From a virus, in the IMG/VR virus record IMGVR_UViG_3300027896_000014, positions 64,001 through 128,000 of that record: a stretch of DNA of 64,000 nt; one strand, given 5' to 3'. Under the pieces are notes generated by a model. It was not told the DNA's origin. It saw only the letters and a program-made list of their open reading frames with translations, and ran no database searches. Numbering within the stretch: position 1 is the stretch's first letter; every line of letters begins with the position of its first letter. This document shows positions 28,427 to 38,419 of this stretch, in pieces. The translations under genes were made by a program, and so were the position numbers.

Positions 28427-30253
28427 CTACCTCCTTCTGCCATACGCATGAACAGGTTGTGTTCTTGCAAGAACTCCCCTCCTATTCATTGCCGAAATGT
28501 TTGGATAGTGAATCAGCTTAAAGTTTTCAGATGAATATTTATCCTCATATGCCCCAAGGCCCAGTGGGAGTGATTTCGTAGGGTCCCATGACGCACTCAA
28601 GGCTGCTCCAGGCTTATAGGCCCAAGCCCCCGTATATTCCCAACGAGTAGCAAATTCCGTCTGGAGAGTTGTATCAAGGAATGCACTGATATAAGCCACA
28701 TTCCCAGAAACTCCCCCACCCGATATCGCTCCATAGAGCGGAGTCCTAACTGTCGGGGTTGTATACGCAAAGGCAGTCGGATAGACCAAATTTATATGAG
28801 TACCATCTGGAATGGAGAAAATTCTGTTTAGCTCCCTATGGGCGGCATCTCCGATGCAAACTATTTCCCATTGTACAAATGGAGCACTGCTTGTTACCGG
28901 AATTGATGTTACTCCGGCGGCAACGCTGCTCGCCGCAGTCGTCTTGGTTGCATCATTTGCAATTATTGGGTTGGATGGATCTGGCGTAAAATTTTTCCAA
29001 TCTCTTGATCTATATATTCCCGTTTGATAAACCCCTCCAGATTTCTCCCCTTGACCATAGAGGGTAATTTCTCCTCTCTGAACAAAAATATCTCCTGGTG
29101 CTACTACTGTATCGTTCCACGATCCACCTGCACCAACTAAAATTATCGGGTTAGCTGGATCTGCAACCCAGGGACCAGAGACAGAGCCCGATGTAAAATG
29201 TCCAATTTGCCATACCGATGATACATTGACCCCCCCAACATACATATGCCATGTTCTTGAGGCCAAATCATAGGTAACGGCAGAAAATCCATGTCCATTA
29301 ACATCCCATGTCCCCGCAGCTCCCGGGGTATCCATATAGCCCACATCGGTAAATGTCGCCCCAAGATCTGCCGAGTAAGCAAGGCGAATTCTATATTTTG
29401 CATCACCGTTCCGGTAGGCTGTGTAAAAAAGATAAATCTTTCCATTGAACCAAATAGGATTAGGAGCATAGACCGTATTTTCTCCACTCAGGGCAGCAAT
29501 CGAAGCATTATATCCATCCCATCGGTGAAATTTAACTCCGCTATCATAAGAAAGCGCTCTAAAAATATATTGAGTTGTGCTCACCTGCCCGTTGTAAAAA
29601 GCAATCATCACGGGGTCATTCGAAAATTTGCAAAAGTCGGTTTTCATTGAAGTAATATAATAATAATCCGTCCATGGTTCACCCCAGTAAAGATAAAGGG
29701 TTGTATAGGCTTTTATACCTGAAAAGGCAACGGGGAGAGTTTCAGCTATTGACATGGTATCCCCAAATGCCCTAATAGAAATTCTAAAGGAGCCTCCCTT
29801 GACAATTAATGAAATGTCTATCCAATAAGCCTGTCCTATGGAAAAACCGGTAGAAGATGTGCTCCAAGTACTACCGGTCCAATAATAAACCGTACCGGTA
29901 GTTACCTGTTTATATTCTATGTAAACTTTCCCAGCGCTCTGAACGTAGTAAACCACAACGGGAGTTTTTGCGTTTTGATTAGTAAATGTGTCACATGCCG
30001 GGGTTCCATCTTCGAGACAGAGCAAATGGACATAGCCATTAACCGTGCCATCCATCAAATGCCGCATCGTGTAGACAAAATCCTTTGTCGTGTCTATGGC
30101 GGACTTGACATAAACCAATGCCCCGTTAGCTGCTGCAGCGGACATTGTAATATTACACGAACCCCCAGCATTGGAGACAGCTCCATCTCCGGCTACGGAT
30201 GTTCCGAAGACATTGGTATCGAGTGTGCTATCAAAATTATCAAGCCAACTCAT
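28427..30253 (-). CDS. tail-associated protein with a five-bladed beta-propeller glycosidase-like domain
   Basis: VYAPNPI..IYLFYT..IRLAYSAD; WHMYVGG..IGHFTS..W..DPANPII; WND..APG; GIYRSRD..F..DPSNPII. Confidence 0.7.
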   Translation of the reverse strand: MSWLDNFDSTLDTNVFGTSVAGDGAVSNAGGSCNITMSAAAANGALVYVKSAIDTTKDFVYTMRHLMDGTVNGYVHLLCLEDGTPACDTFTNQNAKTPVVVYYVQSAGKVYIEYKQVTTGTVYYWTGSTWSTSSTGFSIGQAYWIDISLIVKGGSFRISIRAFGDTMSIAETLPVAFSGIKAYTTLYLYWGEPWTDYYYITSMKTDFCKFSNDPVMIAFYNGQVSTTQYIFRALSYDSGVKFHRWDGYNASIAALSGENTVYAPNPIWFNGKIYLFYTAYRNGDAKYRIRLAYSADLGATFTDVGYMDTPGAAGTWDVNGHGFSAVTYDLASRTWHMYVGGVNVSSVWQIGHFTSGSVSGPWVADPANPIILVGAGGSWNDTVVAPGDIFVQRGEITLYGQGEKSGGVYQTGIYRSRDWKNFTPDPSNPIIANDATKTTAASSVAAGVTSIPVTSSAPFVQWEIVCIGDAAHRELNRIFSIPDGTHINLVYPTAFAYTTPTVRTPLYGAISGGGVSGNVAYISAFLDTTLQTEFATRWEYTGAWAYKPGAALSASWDPTKSLPLGLGAYEDKYSSENFKLIHYPNISAMNRRGVLARTQPVHAYGRRR

Positions 30254-30606
30254 GTCGGGTCCGCTATTTCTTCTTTAAAGGCCGGGATTGTGACGGTATT
30301 GCCGGCTGTTAAGACTTGGGATGTGCAGGTGGTTGTAAGTTTGATCACACCGCCCAAACTTAAAACAATGTGCAGAGCAGTTCCGCTCCCCGTCACAGAT
30401 ACGCCAGCCTTTTGTGCCGTAGTTATTTTACGGCCAGATGAATCCCCTTCTGCGATTGCATAATCCCCAGGGGCCATCGCAACATAAGCGAGGGTATTAG
30501 TTAAGTCGGTTGGAGTAGTTACATCACTGGTTACATCCACACGAGTGCAGGCTTGGACTACGCCAAGAGCTGCATCCAATACAGCATCTGCTACCGATTT
30601 ACCCAT
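30250..30606 (-). CDS. tail-fibre base/adapter-type structural protein
   Basis: DAVLDAAL...SGRKIT...GTALH...TAGNTVTIPAF..EIADPT. Confidence 0.65.
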   Translation of the reverse strand: MGKSVADAVLDAALGVVQACTRVDVTSDVTTPTDLTNTLAYVAMAPGDYAIAEGDSSGRKITTAQKAGVSVTGSGTALHIVLSLGGVIKLTTTCTSQVLTAGNTVTIPAFKEEIADPT

Positions 30607-30709
30607 TTTCTTCCTCCTCAATTTTTATTCCGTGACTGATGATTACGTCCTGGACCTCAAGGACGATATCCTTTTTCTCCTCTTTCTTTTCCTCTTCCAT
30701 CGAATCCTC

Positions 30710-31852
30710 CTATCGTTTTCTATGTGTTATTGGATCAACCATTGCCCTGAATGATTCTAGGTCAAAGTCGGCTCCATCAAGGTTTCTTATCACGAAGGAC
30801 ATAAATCTGTTCTTCAATCCCCGTGGAAATTTGACCCTTTCTTCCCCGGAAAAAGTCCCATTTGTATTCAGGACCCTTGTTATCGGATCTATTCTTCCCT
30901 CATCAAGGATAAGTTGTATGGAAATTGGCCCCCCTCTTTTTACGATCCATCCTTCTCGAAGTCGCTTTATGACATCCCTCCACAAATCCTCAGTCCCAGT
31001 TTGGATTGCGCTATCAATCCTGACCCCAGCATCATCATCTCCATCTAAAAGAAAAATCCCTTGCTCAGAGGCTCCAATGTACATACCGAGTCCATGATAG
31101 TCGCAAAAGGAGTTAAAAGAATATCCAGAGTAGTCTGTAACCCCAAAATGGCTCAAATTCATCACAAATCCCTTTCGAGTCGAAACAAATGCCGGGATGT
31201 CAAGTGCGACATTGAATGCCTGAAACTCCTTTATTTCAAGCCATGGGTCAATAAATGGGATATCCAGGGCAAATACCAGTTGATTCTGGTGAACAAAGGT
31301 AGCAGAAAGCGTTAGGGCAGGAATTTCAATCGCCCCACTGAGAATACCACCAGATATTAAGGTTCCTGATAATTCTAAAGTTGGAACCTTAATCGCTCCA
31401 CTGACTAAACTCCCCGATATAACGGTTCCAGATAATTTCAGGGCCGGGATGTCAATCTCTCCCCTGAATATATTTCCAGATTTAATGCCCCCAGATAATC
31501 TCAGGGCTGGAATGACAAGTGCGGCATCAATCTTAGTATGAATAATCTGAAGAGAAACCTCTATTGCCGGAATGTCAAGCGAGGCATCCATCTCGTTACG
31601 AGGAGCAATCCTAAAAGAAAGCTTTACTGCCGGCATGGGGAGAGAAGCAGATAGCTTCTCCCCGCTTTTTATGGTAGCAGAGACTTCCAGAACAGGGACT
31701 TCAAGTGGAAAGTTGAGTACCGCTCCCTGCGAGATACTGGCACCCAATTCTATGGCAGGGATATCTAGATTAACCGAAATGACACTCCCACTAATATCAA
31801 GTTCGGTCTCTATGGCAGGTAAATTAAGTGCAAACCACAGGGTATTGGCCAT
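30710..31852 (-). CDS. tail structural protein with ~22-aa LxIPALxLSG repeats
   Basis: Repeats plus a C-terminal VMNL...TDYSGYSFNSF...GDDDAG domain. Confidence 0.65.
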   Translation of the reverse strand: MANTLWFALNLPAIETELDISGSVISVNLDIPAIELGASISQGAVLNFPLEVPVLEVSATIKSGEKLSASLPMPAVKLSFRIAPRNEMDASLDIPAIEVSLQIIHTKIDAALVIPALRLSGGIKSGNIFRGEIDIPALKLSGTVISGSLVSGAIKVPTLELSGTLISGGILSGAIEIPALTLSATFVHQNQLVFALDIPFIDPWLEIKEFQAFNVALDIPAFVSTRKGFVMNLSHFGVTDYSGYSFNSFCDYHGLGMYIGASEQGIFLLDGDDDAGVRIDSAIQTGTEDLWRDVIKRLREGWIVKRGGPISIQLILDEGRIDPITRVLNTNGTFSGEERVKFPRGLKNRFMSFVIRNLDGADFDLESFRAMVDPITHRKR

Positions 31853-31861
31853 TCACCCACC

Positions 31862-32653
31862 TTATGTCTTGGAAGTGGGTAACGTCAGTGAGAACGTATT
31901 GACGGTTGAGACGGCCGCAGCGGTAATCGTCGATGGATCAATCGTTGCGTCTCCACCCACGGTAGCAAGTGTTCCCTGAACCCGTTTGAGAACGTAGGTT
32001 GAGTCAAGAGCTCCGGTATCGTCTGGCGTACAGACGGTGAAGTAGCCAGCGACGCCAGTGGCCAGATTGCTTGAGCACTGCCAGGTATCTCCGGTAGGTT
32101 TGGAAATCACGCCCGCAACCGGTGCGCCGAACTGAAGAGTATTCACTCTTGCGGCACTGACCTTCGCTGTCACGGTGATGGCGTAACTGTTACCTCCCAA
32201 TGTTGCATCAGCAATCGTTAGGGCAAGTCCAGCGATCCGACATTGTGCCCAGATATTTACGGAGTCACCTTCACAAATAGCTTGAATCTGAGGAATGTCG
32301 TTGAGCATTCGAGCAACCCCGACTGCAACTGTCTGATCCGATTCAGCTGCCCCACATGTGTAGGTGTGAAGCGTAAGCACACTCTCCACCGTTACGTTGA
32401 TATTGATGGTATAGCCTACCGCGTGACCAGTCGCAGGAACAAGCTTGTAGACTCTTGGGGTACTTCGGTCAGTTACGGCAACAGTACCCCCCGAGAGGGT
32501 GTATCGTGCCAGTTTTGTCCCGGTCCGTGCGTCCTCGGGATTCGTTGGACAAACCCCCTCATAAGCATCAAGCACGAAGTCCTCGAGGTTCCCTCTTACC
32601 CCTCTTCCTCCCATGATTGCATTCAAAAAAGCCTGCGAATATTTTACTGTCAT
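31862..32653 (-). CDS. putative tail structural protein
   Basis: YEGVCP..PED..TGT.L, GVAGYF, RVQG motifs typical of phage tail proteins. Confidence 0.65.
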   Translation of the reverse strand: MTVKYSQAFLNAIMGGRGVRGNLEDFVLDAYEGVCPTNPEDARTGTKLARYTLSGGTVAVTDRSTPRVYKLVPATGHAVGYTININVTVESVLTLHTYTCGAAESDQTVAVGVARMLNDIPQIQAICEGDSVNIWAQCRIAGLALTIADATLGGNSYAITVTAKVSAARVNTLQFGAPVAGVISKPTGDTWQCSSNLATGVAGYFTVCTPDDTGALDSTYVLKRVQGTLATVGGDATIDPSTITAAAVSTVNTFSLTLPTSKT

Positions 32654-32684
32654 CTTCCTGTCCTCCTTTACGCAAATGCGTGAT

Positions 32685-33686
32685 TTAAGTTGTGGTTATA
32701 CGCCCACTGACCTCTATTGCCGGAATTTCTAATGCTATCTCTGTTCCACCATAGCCAGGTATTAGGTCATAGGTCCCTAGAAATTGCCGGATCTTTACCT
32801 GATTCTTAAGGATCCGGTAAAGAACTATCGCTCTTCCTCTAGCCGCTCCATCTATCCAGAAATGATCTCCCGTAACTCGATTGACTTGCCCACCCGGAAG
32901 TCCCATGTAGCAACCGTCTTGCGTAGCCCAGAGCACGATCTTCTCTGTCCGCCCACCGACGAGGGCCGTTCCAGATGTCTGGTGTACGATTGAGATGGCC
33001 ATTCCCTCGATGGCCGGAAAATCGCACACTTCGGTATAATTGAATTTAGGTGGATCTCCCGCACCTCCCTGAAGGAATCCGCATCGCTTGGTATCACTTA
33101 CATAAAGGCCATCTTTAACCGCCTTCAACATCCTTCCCCTTCCTACGAACGAGACAAAATTATGCCTTTCGTCCCTGACCCATGGTTCCGTAGCATCGGA
33201 ATAAATAAGAAGACCGTTCTGAAACACCCAGAGTCGGGAATCCCAATATTCCATCAGGTGTCCGGCTACCATTCTTTTTTTGAATTCCTGATCAACTTCT
33301 GGAATACCATGAGCCACGTGTTCTCTGATGTATCCAAATTTCTCGACGTTTGAGAAAAATACCATGTCCCCAACATCCTGGAAGATCATCTCTGTATCAC
33401 CCACATTTGAAAGAATGGTGGTGTAGGTGAAGGTCATGGTGTTAAAATTTAGAGTCGCTTCTTTAAGATCTCCCGCCTGTACGCAAAGGCAAATGGAGGC
33501 GTTTGACCACATGCTGTGGGTGCTTTCGTCATCAAGTAGCGTCCTTCCTCTGCGCCGATGCAATTTCTTGTCATTATCGGAATCGATGTTCATGGCATAA
33601 GGCACATAGCCAGCTGGGATCCTGGTTGGATCCCGCTTCTTCGAAACACCCACAATATTTTTATATTCAAAATTTGGCTGAGGCAT
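32685..33686 (-). CDS. putative tail nozzle/stabilisation protein
   Basis: AMNID...LHRRRG N-terminus, beta-propeller-like; follows the adaptor. Confidence 0.55.
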   Translation of the reverse strand: MPQPNFEYKNIVGVSKKRDPTRIPAGYVPYAMNIDSDNDKKLHRRRGRTLLDDESTHSMWSNASICLCVQAGDLKEATLNFNTMTFTYTTILSNVGDTEMIFQDVGDMVFFSNVEKFGYIREHVAHGIPEVDQEFKKRMVAGHLMEYWDSRLWVFQNGLLIYSDATEPWVRDERHNFVSFVGRGRMLKAVKDGLYVSDTKRCGFLQGGAGDPPKFNYTEVCDFPAIEGMAISIVHQTSGTALVGGRTEKIVLWATQDGCYMGLPGGQVNRVTGDHFWIDGAARGRAIVLYRILKNQVKIRQFLGTYDLIPGYGGTEIALEIPAIEVSGRITTT

Positions 33687-33695
33687 CGTTTATCC

Positions 33696-34676
33696 CTAAT
33701 AACTCTTCCAGATTCCAGATCTACCGGATCGAACCTGCCTTTCCGATCGATCCAAGAAGATCAGGTCTTTCTTGACCTTCGCCTTAAGCAATTCGAACCG
33801 TTTCCCGTTTTTATCTGACGATGCTGGGTCGAGAGTCTGTGTATCTTCTTTCAGAAAGGCCTCCCTGCCTATTCCATAGATCAATTCCCGGTGATATATT
33901 GTCTTGATTTCCGGGGCTACAGGAGGATTCGCAGTGATATCAGCAGTGGTGAATGGAGCCAGGGGTAAGCGATTGACCACCGTAATGAGAGTGTTACAGA
34001 CCTTCCGAAGCGTAGCGCTCGTCAGGAATTCATCGAACAAAGTTTGGTTGATGGTGATCTCGGATGCGGTGAGCGAAGCGACCGTTACATAACCATTGTT
34101 TTTGACCGTCCCGGAAATATTGATCTCGTCCCCTACATCATAGTGGGTCGTGAAGTTCCATGGATTTCCGTCTTCATCCACTCCAGTTATTGAAATCTGA
34201 CTCGTTGCTGCCGTAAATGAAATACTCAAAACCCCTACTACCTCTCCCTTTCTGTGGTATTTTGGGTATATGTAGAAGTACCCCCTACCACATTCCGGGA
34301 TATACCGTTCCGGGGTGTGCCATTCCCCTCCATGATGATGCTCTTCTCTCCAACCCCTTCGGAGTTGATCCATATAAGCCTCAGATGTTCTTATCAAAGT
34401 TCTATGACGATGATTTTCATGATGATGCAAGAGGTAGGCACCTTCTTTGATGTTGAGTATTCGATCATCAATGGTGTACAGGCCCATATTACTGAGCAAT
34501 TTAAACTGAGTAAGAGAAACCGTAGATCGATCTTCTACCAGTAATGTTTCCCGGTAGAGTTCTTCGGTAATAATATTCAGATAATGGATAATCTCATCGT
34601 TTCCCCACAAAAAGGGCTCAATTGTATCGTCAAGGACCGTGCTTCGCGTAAGGTTAATTATTTCACCGACATTCAT
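33696..34676 (-). CDS. head-tail adaptor protein
   Basis: MNVGEII..TR..LDD..EPFLW...EIIHYLN...PEI..IYH..LIY...AFLKED. Confidence 0.75.
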   Translation of the reverse strand: MNVGEIINLTRSTVLDDTIEPFLWGNDEIIHYLNIITEELYRETLLVEDRSTVSLTQFKLLSNMGLYTIDDRILNIKEGAYLLHHHENHRHRTLIRTSEAYMDQLRRGWREEHHHGGEWHTPERYIPECGRGYFYIYPKYHRKGEVVGVLSISFTAATSQISITGVDEDGNPWNFTTHYDVGDEINISGTVKNNGYVTVASLTASEITINQTLFDEFLTSATLRKVCNTLITVVNRLPLAPFTTADITANPPVAPEIKTIYHRELIYGIGREAFLKEDTQTLDPASSDKNGKRFELLKAKVKKDLIFLDRSERQVRSGRSGIWKSY

Positions 34677-34685
34677 GACTTTCCC

Positions 34686-35036
34686 CTACTTCAGACCCTT
34701 TTTTGACTTCTCGATCACGCCAATGAGAGTATCTTTTTTGCCCGAAGGTTCCTGAATCCCAACTTTCTTCAATTGAAACTCCACCGTGTACCTCTTCTTG
34801 CCTTCCTTCTGTTCGTTCATCCGAATTTCGGTAACTTCCCCTACTCCCTGAATGGTGAGCTCTTCACCGATTTTCACCTTTTCAAGCTGAGGTAGCTTCG
34901 CAACCTGTTCGGATTCAAACCGAATTTGAAGGCCATACGGATATTTCGGGCCTTCGCCTCCAATAGGGGTAGGCATCGTTTCGGCCTTTAGTTCCTTTTT
35001 CGTTTTCTTTGGAAGTTCGAGACTGACCATTTCCAT
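34686..35036 (-). CDS. conserved phage head-associated protein
   Basis: MVSLEL...YPYGLQIRFESEQVAKL motif. Confidence 0.6.
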   Translation of the reverse strand: MEMVSLELPKKTKKELKAETMPTPIGGEGPKYPYGLQIRFESEQVAKLPQLEKVKIGEELTIQGVGEVTEIRMNEQKEGKKRYTVEFQLKKVGIQEPSGKKDTLIGVIEKSKKGLK

Positions 35037-35057
35037 TTGATTTATCTCCTTTCTTTC

Positions 35058-35086
35058 TTGACAATCAAATTACGCAAATGTATACT
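35058..35086 (+). promoter_or_regulatory. near-consensus sigma70 promoter, antisense to the late operon
   Basis: TTGACA-17 bp-TATACT; ATG at 35094 suggests a leaderless mRNA. Confidence 0.85.
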
Positions 35087-35093
35087 TATAAGT

Positions 35094-35240
35094 ATGAAAA
35101 TCAAACTACCTCCTCGGCTAAAGTGCAAACGTTGCGGATACACATGGACTCCGCGACAAACCGACGTAAGAATCTGCCCACGGTGCAAATCGGCTTTGTG
35201 GGACAAAGTGAAGAAGGAGAAGCATGAAAACATGGACTGA
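35094..35240 (+). CDS. small Zn-ribbon protein
   Basis: CKRCGYTW.PR...ICPRCKS..W. Confidence 0.75.
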   Translation: MKIKLPPRLKCKRCGYTWTPRQTDVRICPRCKSALWDKVKKEKHENMD

Positions 35241-35988
35241 ATCTGAGTTGGAGATTCTTCGCAAATATTTCCCCACCGATTCCAAGGAGTCCCTTTCTGC
35301 TATGTTCAACAGAACCTTTGACACAATCCGCACCAAAGCCACAAGGATGGGGATTCGTAGAATTCTCGGGGCTCAGTGGACGAAGGAAGAATTTGACATT
35401 CTTCGCAAATTTTATCCAACTGGTTCCGAGGATGAACTTGTTACATTGCTTCACAGATCGTTCAACACAATCAGTTGTCAGGCTCAGAGATTGGGTATTC
35501 GTAGGCTTGGAATCTGGTGCAGACAAAAACTTGAGGATAGATTTGAAAATTTTGTTATACCCGAACCTAACAGTGGGTGTTGGCTCTGGATGGGAGGAGA
35601 AAATAGACAAGGGTATGGACAAATTGGGAATGGTAACGGAAAAGATGTTCGTGCCCATCGTGTTTCTTGGGAAATTCATAATGGTCCTATTCCACAGGGC
35701 TTTTGGGTACTTCATTCCTGTGACAACCCATCTTGCGTAAATCCTCAGCACCTCTTTCTTGGAACACCTCAGGATAATATGGACGACTGTTGCAAGAAAA
35801 AGAGGCAAACTTATGGATCTCGCAATTGTAAGGCCAAACTTACTGATGCTGACGTAATCAAAATCAGGCAAGATCCTCGATCCCCAAAAGAAATAGGTAT
35901 ATCCTTTGGTATATCCAGGGCTACGATATACAACATTAAAGACAGTAGAACTTGGAAACATATTCCAAGTAACTCCACAATCTCCTAG
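35224..35988 (+). CDS. HNH homing endonuclease with N-terminal Myb-like repeats
   Basis: Two WTxxExxILRKxYP repeats; GCWLW..GYG..AHRVSW..VLHSCDNPSCVNPQHLFLGT..DN. Confidence 0.9.
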   Translation: MKTWTESELEILRKYFPTDSKESLSAMFNRTFDTIRTKATRMGIRRILGAQWTKEEFDILRKFYPTGSEDELVTLLHRSFNTISCQAQRLGIRRLGIWCRQKLEDRFENFVIPEPNSGCWLWMGGENRQGYGQIGNGNGKDVRAHRVSWEIHNGPIPQGFWVLHSCDNPSCVNPQHLFLGTPQDNMDDCCKKKRQTYGSRNCKAKLTDADVIKIRQDPRSPKEIGISFGISRATIYNIKDSRTWKHIPSNSTIS

Positions 35989-35998
35989 GCTCTTCCTT

Positions 35999-36154
35999 CT
36001 AATTCTCATCTTCCCACCTAAATCCACAAAAGGGGCAGCATCCCGCCCAATCTGGGTCATCGAGGAAGATCTGTCCACACTTTTTACAGTGAATTACATA
36101 AGTATTTCCTGGGTTGGGATCAATAGACCCTTCGCTTACGGTTTGATCGGCCAT
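35999..36154 (-). CDS. small Zn-ribbon protein (51 aa, not in track)
   Basis: MADQTV...HCKKCGQIF...CCPFCG; RBS GGAGG. Confidence 0.6.
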   Translation of the reverse strand: MADQTVSEGSIDPNPGNTYVIHCKKCGQIFLDDPDWAGCCPFCGFRWEDEN

Positions 36155-36269
36155 ACCTAATCCTCCTTAATGTGCCCACAGACCTTACACACCTTAAAGG
36201 TTCTCCGGCCCTTCTTCACCTTTTTCCAACTGCATTCTCCACAGGATGGGCATTTATCTGGGGACCCCA

Positions 36270-36752
36270 TTAAACGTTAATACCCATCTCTTTTAGCACG
36301 CTTGGTCCCTTGTCTATTTTAGGTCTCCCAGAGGTGCGTTTCGACTCCTTAATATCCTTCGGCTTCTCTGCCTTTCCGGTTACCGCCTCAGCCGCTTCCT
36401 CTGGCCCCGTGGGCTCCTCATCTTCCATCAATTCGGCTTGTGCCTGCAGGAACTGAATCTGGACCAGCAATTCCGCCTTTGTCATCTTCTTGCCAGCGGG
36501 CGGTGCTTCTTCCTCTTTCCCCACCCCTCCGAATTTCTGATCCCACCACGCCAGCGCCTTCTGCTTGTGGTAGTCAGGAATAAGCTCAAGAAGTGATCTG
36601 TCCTCTACCAGTTCACCGTTCAGAAGAATGTAGTCCCCACCCGTCGTCTCGAGGACATTGCCTTGTTCCGTCGTGAAATTGTGAATCGTCCAAAACTCCT
36701 TTCCGTTCAACACCATTCTCGATCCTTCCGGTACTGCTGGTTTTGGTAACAT
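36270..36752 (-). CDS. hypothetical protein
   Basis: RBS AAAGGAG; 160 aa. Confidence 0.65.
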   Translation of the reverse strand: MLPKPAVPEGSRMVLNGKEFWTIHNFTTEQGNVLETTGGDYILLNGELVEDRSLLELIPDYHKQKALAWWDQKFGGVGKEEEAPPAGKKMTKAELLVQIQFLQAQAELMEDEEPTGPEEAAEAVTGKAEKPKDIKESKRTSGRPKIDKGPSVLKEMGINV

Positions 36753-36796
36753 AAAGACTCTCCTTTCTAATTTAGTTTTGTGTAAATCCTTCTGCT

Positions 36797-37174
36797 CTAT
36801 CTAAACATAGCAATGAGAGCCGCCCTGGTTTTGCTGCCATCAGCAAAAATTCCCCAAAGAGATACTCTCGCCCATTCTCCCTGCCCCATGTCAACAAAAC
36901 CACATGACATAATTCTGTTAACACCGGCCACTTGGTCGGCAGTCAAAGCCCCCCATTCTCCCCCATCAATACAATTTCCTATTTTACAGGTTGGGATGAG
37001 GTTGGCGAATACGGCATCATACGCTTTAATCGAATCCGCCACTATCTTGTTTTGAGCCGCATAATACTGAATCACTTCTAATATGTCTGAAGTAACCTTT
37101 TTCCCCTCACATAAAGTACAGATTTTTTCTCCAATCAGTCCGCTTCCTCCACACAATGGGCAAGTTATTTCCAT
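36797..37174 (-). CDS. hypothetical protein with DnaJ-like Zn finger
   Basis: CPLCGGSG...CTLCEG. Confidence 0.65.
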   Translation of the reverse strand: MEITCPLCGGSGLIGEKICTLCEGKKVTSDILEVIQYYAAQNKIVADSIKAYDAVFANLIPTCKIGNCIDGGEWGALTADQVAGVNRIMSCGFVDMGQGEWARVSLWGIFADGSKTRAALIAMFR

Positions 37175-37195
37175 CTAATCCTCCCTACAAAAATA

Positions 37196-37223
37196 AAACG
37201 GAGGGGACAAAGCCCCCCCGTTA
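37196..37223 (-). terminator. rho-independent terminator
   Basis: AACGGGGGG...CCCCTCCGTT hairpin followed by a T-tract on the minus strand. Confidence 0.6.
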
Positions 37224-37227
37224 GACG

Positions 37228-38244
37228 TTAACTGCCAACTGCAGCCGTAGGTATCCTTCCCAATCCACCGCCAGTAGCAGTAATTGGCATGGCAGTAACT
37301 ACACACTCCCCAGTACCTGCTGCTTGCCAATAAGTATAGCCAACTCCAGTACAATTTTCGAGAACGTGACTTTGGGTGGCAATAGAGCTACCCCATTTAA
37401 AAACTGATGTGCACTTGTTTCCCCAGTTTGTCCAGAAATTGTAGAACAGACAATCTTTATATCTTTCCAAATGGTCCGCTCCCCATGTATTGGGTATATA
37501 AATCATTGGTACACCAGCCGTTTCAGCCCAGGACTTAAAAATACAGTTGCGGAACTCAACCTCTGAAGGACCATTGCCCCCAGCGCCACTGTACAATAAG
37601 TGTCCCTGTGTAATAGATGTCCTTGCCCCCCACGCCATCTGTCCGATTGTGCAATCCTCGAAGATAGAGTAAGCACCATTGGCACCAATTTCGAGTGAAG
37701 AACAACCAGCAGTAGCAATCTGGGTAGAGTTCATAATTCCGAGGAAAGCAGTTTTAAAGAAACTGTTCCCATAGCTGTTTACCTTGACTGGCGATAAACA
37801 GGCTGCATTGGCCCCATAATTATTGATACAGAGATTATGGAACGTGTTGCGCTTGCCCGTCAGGTTAATGACATAATCAATGGCTATTCCCGTGGTATAG
37901 ATTGTAGTCCCTAACAGACTCCAATCGCTGAAGAAATTTGATCCACCAACCCCAACAAGATGGACAAAATTCTTTGTCCAGAGGAGTGTAGCTGTTTCAA
38001 GATAATTTCCAGGGAACACACAAATCACATCATTCCTGTAATCGGTCACGGCAGCATAGGCATCTGCCAAAGTAGCAAAGATGTGAGCCCCATCAACTCC
38101 CTGGTTTACCAACCACTGCCGATAATTGCTCGTAGCCGAGGCAGCCGGGCAGAGATAGAACACATCTCCTATTCCCGGTCCCAACTGAAGGGTACTCATG
38201 AGCCACATTTTAAGATCCCTTGCAAGATTTCCTCTTTTTATCAT
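37228..38244 (-). CDS. beta-helix (pectin-lyase-like) capsid-associated protein
   Basis: ATLADAY...DVICVFPGNY...VHLVGVG and F.nC.F repeats. Confidence 0.7.
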   Translation of the reverse strand: MIKRGNLARDLKMWLMSTLQLGPGIGDVFYLCPAASATSNYRQWLVNQGVDGAHIFATLADAYAAVTDYRNDVICVFPGNYLETATLLWTKNFVHLVGVGGSNFFSDWSLLGTTIYTTGIAIDYVINLTGKRNTFHNLCINNYGANAACLSPVKVNSYGNSFFKTAFLGIMNSTQIATAGCSSLEIGANGAYSIFEDCTIGQMAWGARTSITQGHLLYSGAGGNGPSEVEFRNCIFKSWAETAGVPMIYIPNTWGADHLERYKDCLFYNFWTNWGNKCTSVFKWGSSIATQSHVLENCTGVGYTYWQAAGTGECVVTAMPITATGGGLGRIPTAAVGS

Positions 38245-38419
38245 GGTTTTTTCCTCCCATAGTTTTCCCCTACAGAAGTAGGATACTGGTTAAATTGTTA
38301 AAGGAATGAAGCGTGTTGCTTCGCCAATTAGCCTCCTTTCTCGACCACCCTAAGAGGACACAATTGTCCCGATGAGCATCGGAGATATGGGGAGAGGAAA
38401 ATCCCCTCCCCAGTTTAGT

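Noticed and set aside
35101-36078. 325-aa minus-strand ORF
   Set aside because: Antisense shadow of the clear plus-strand HNH gene.
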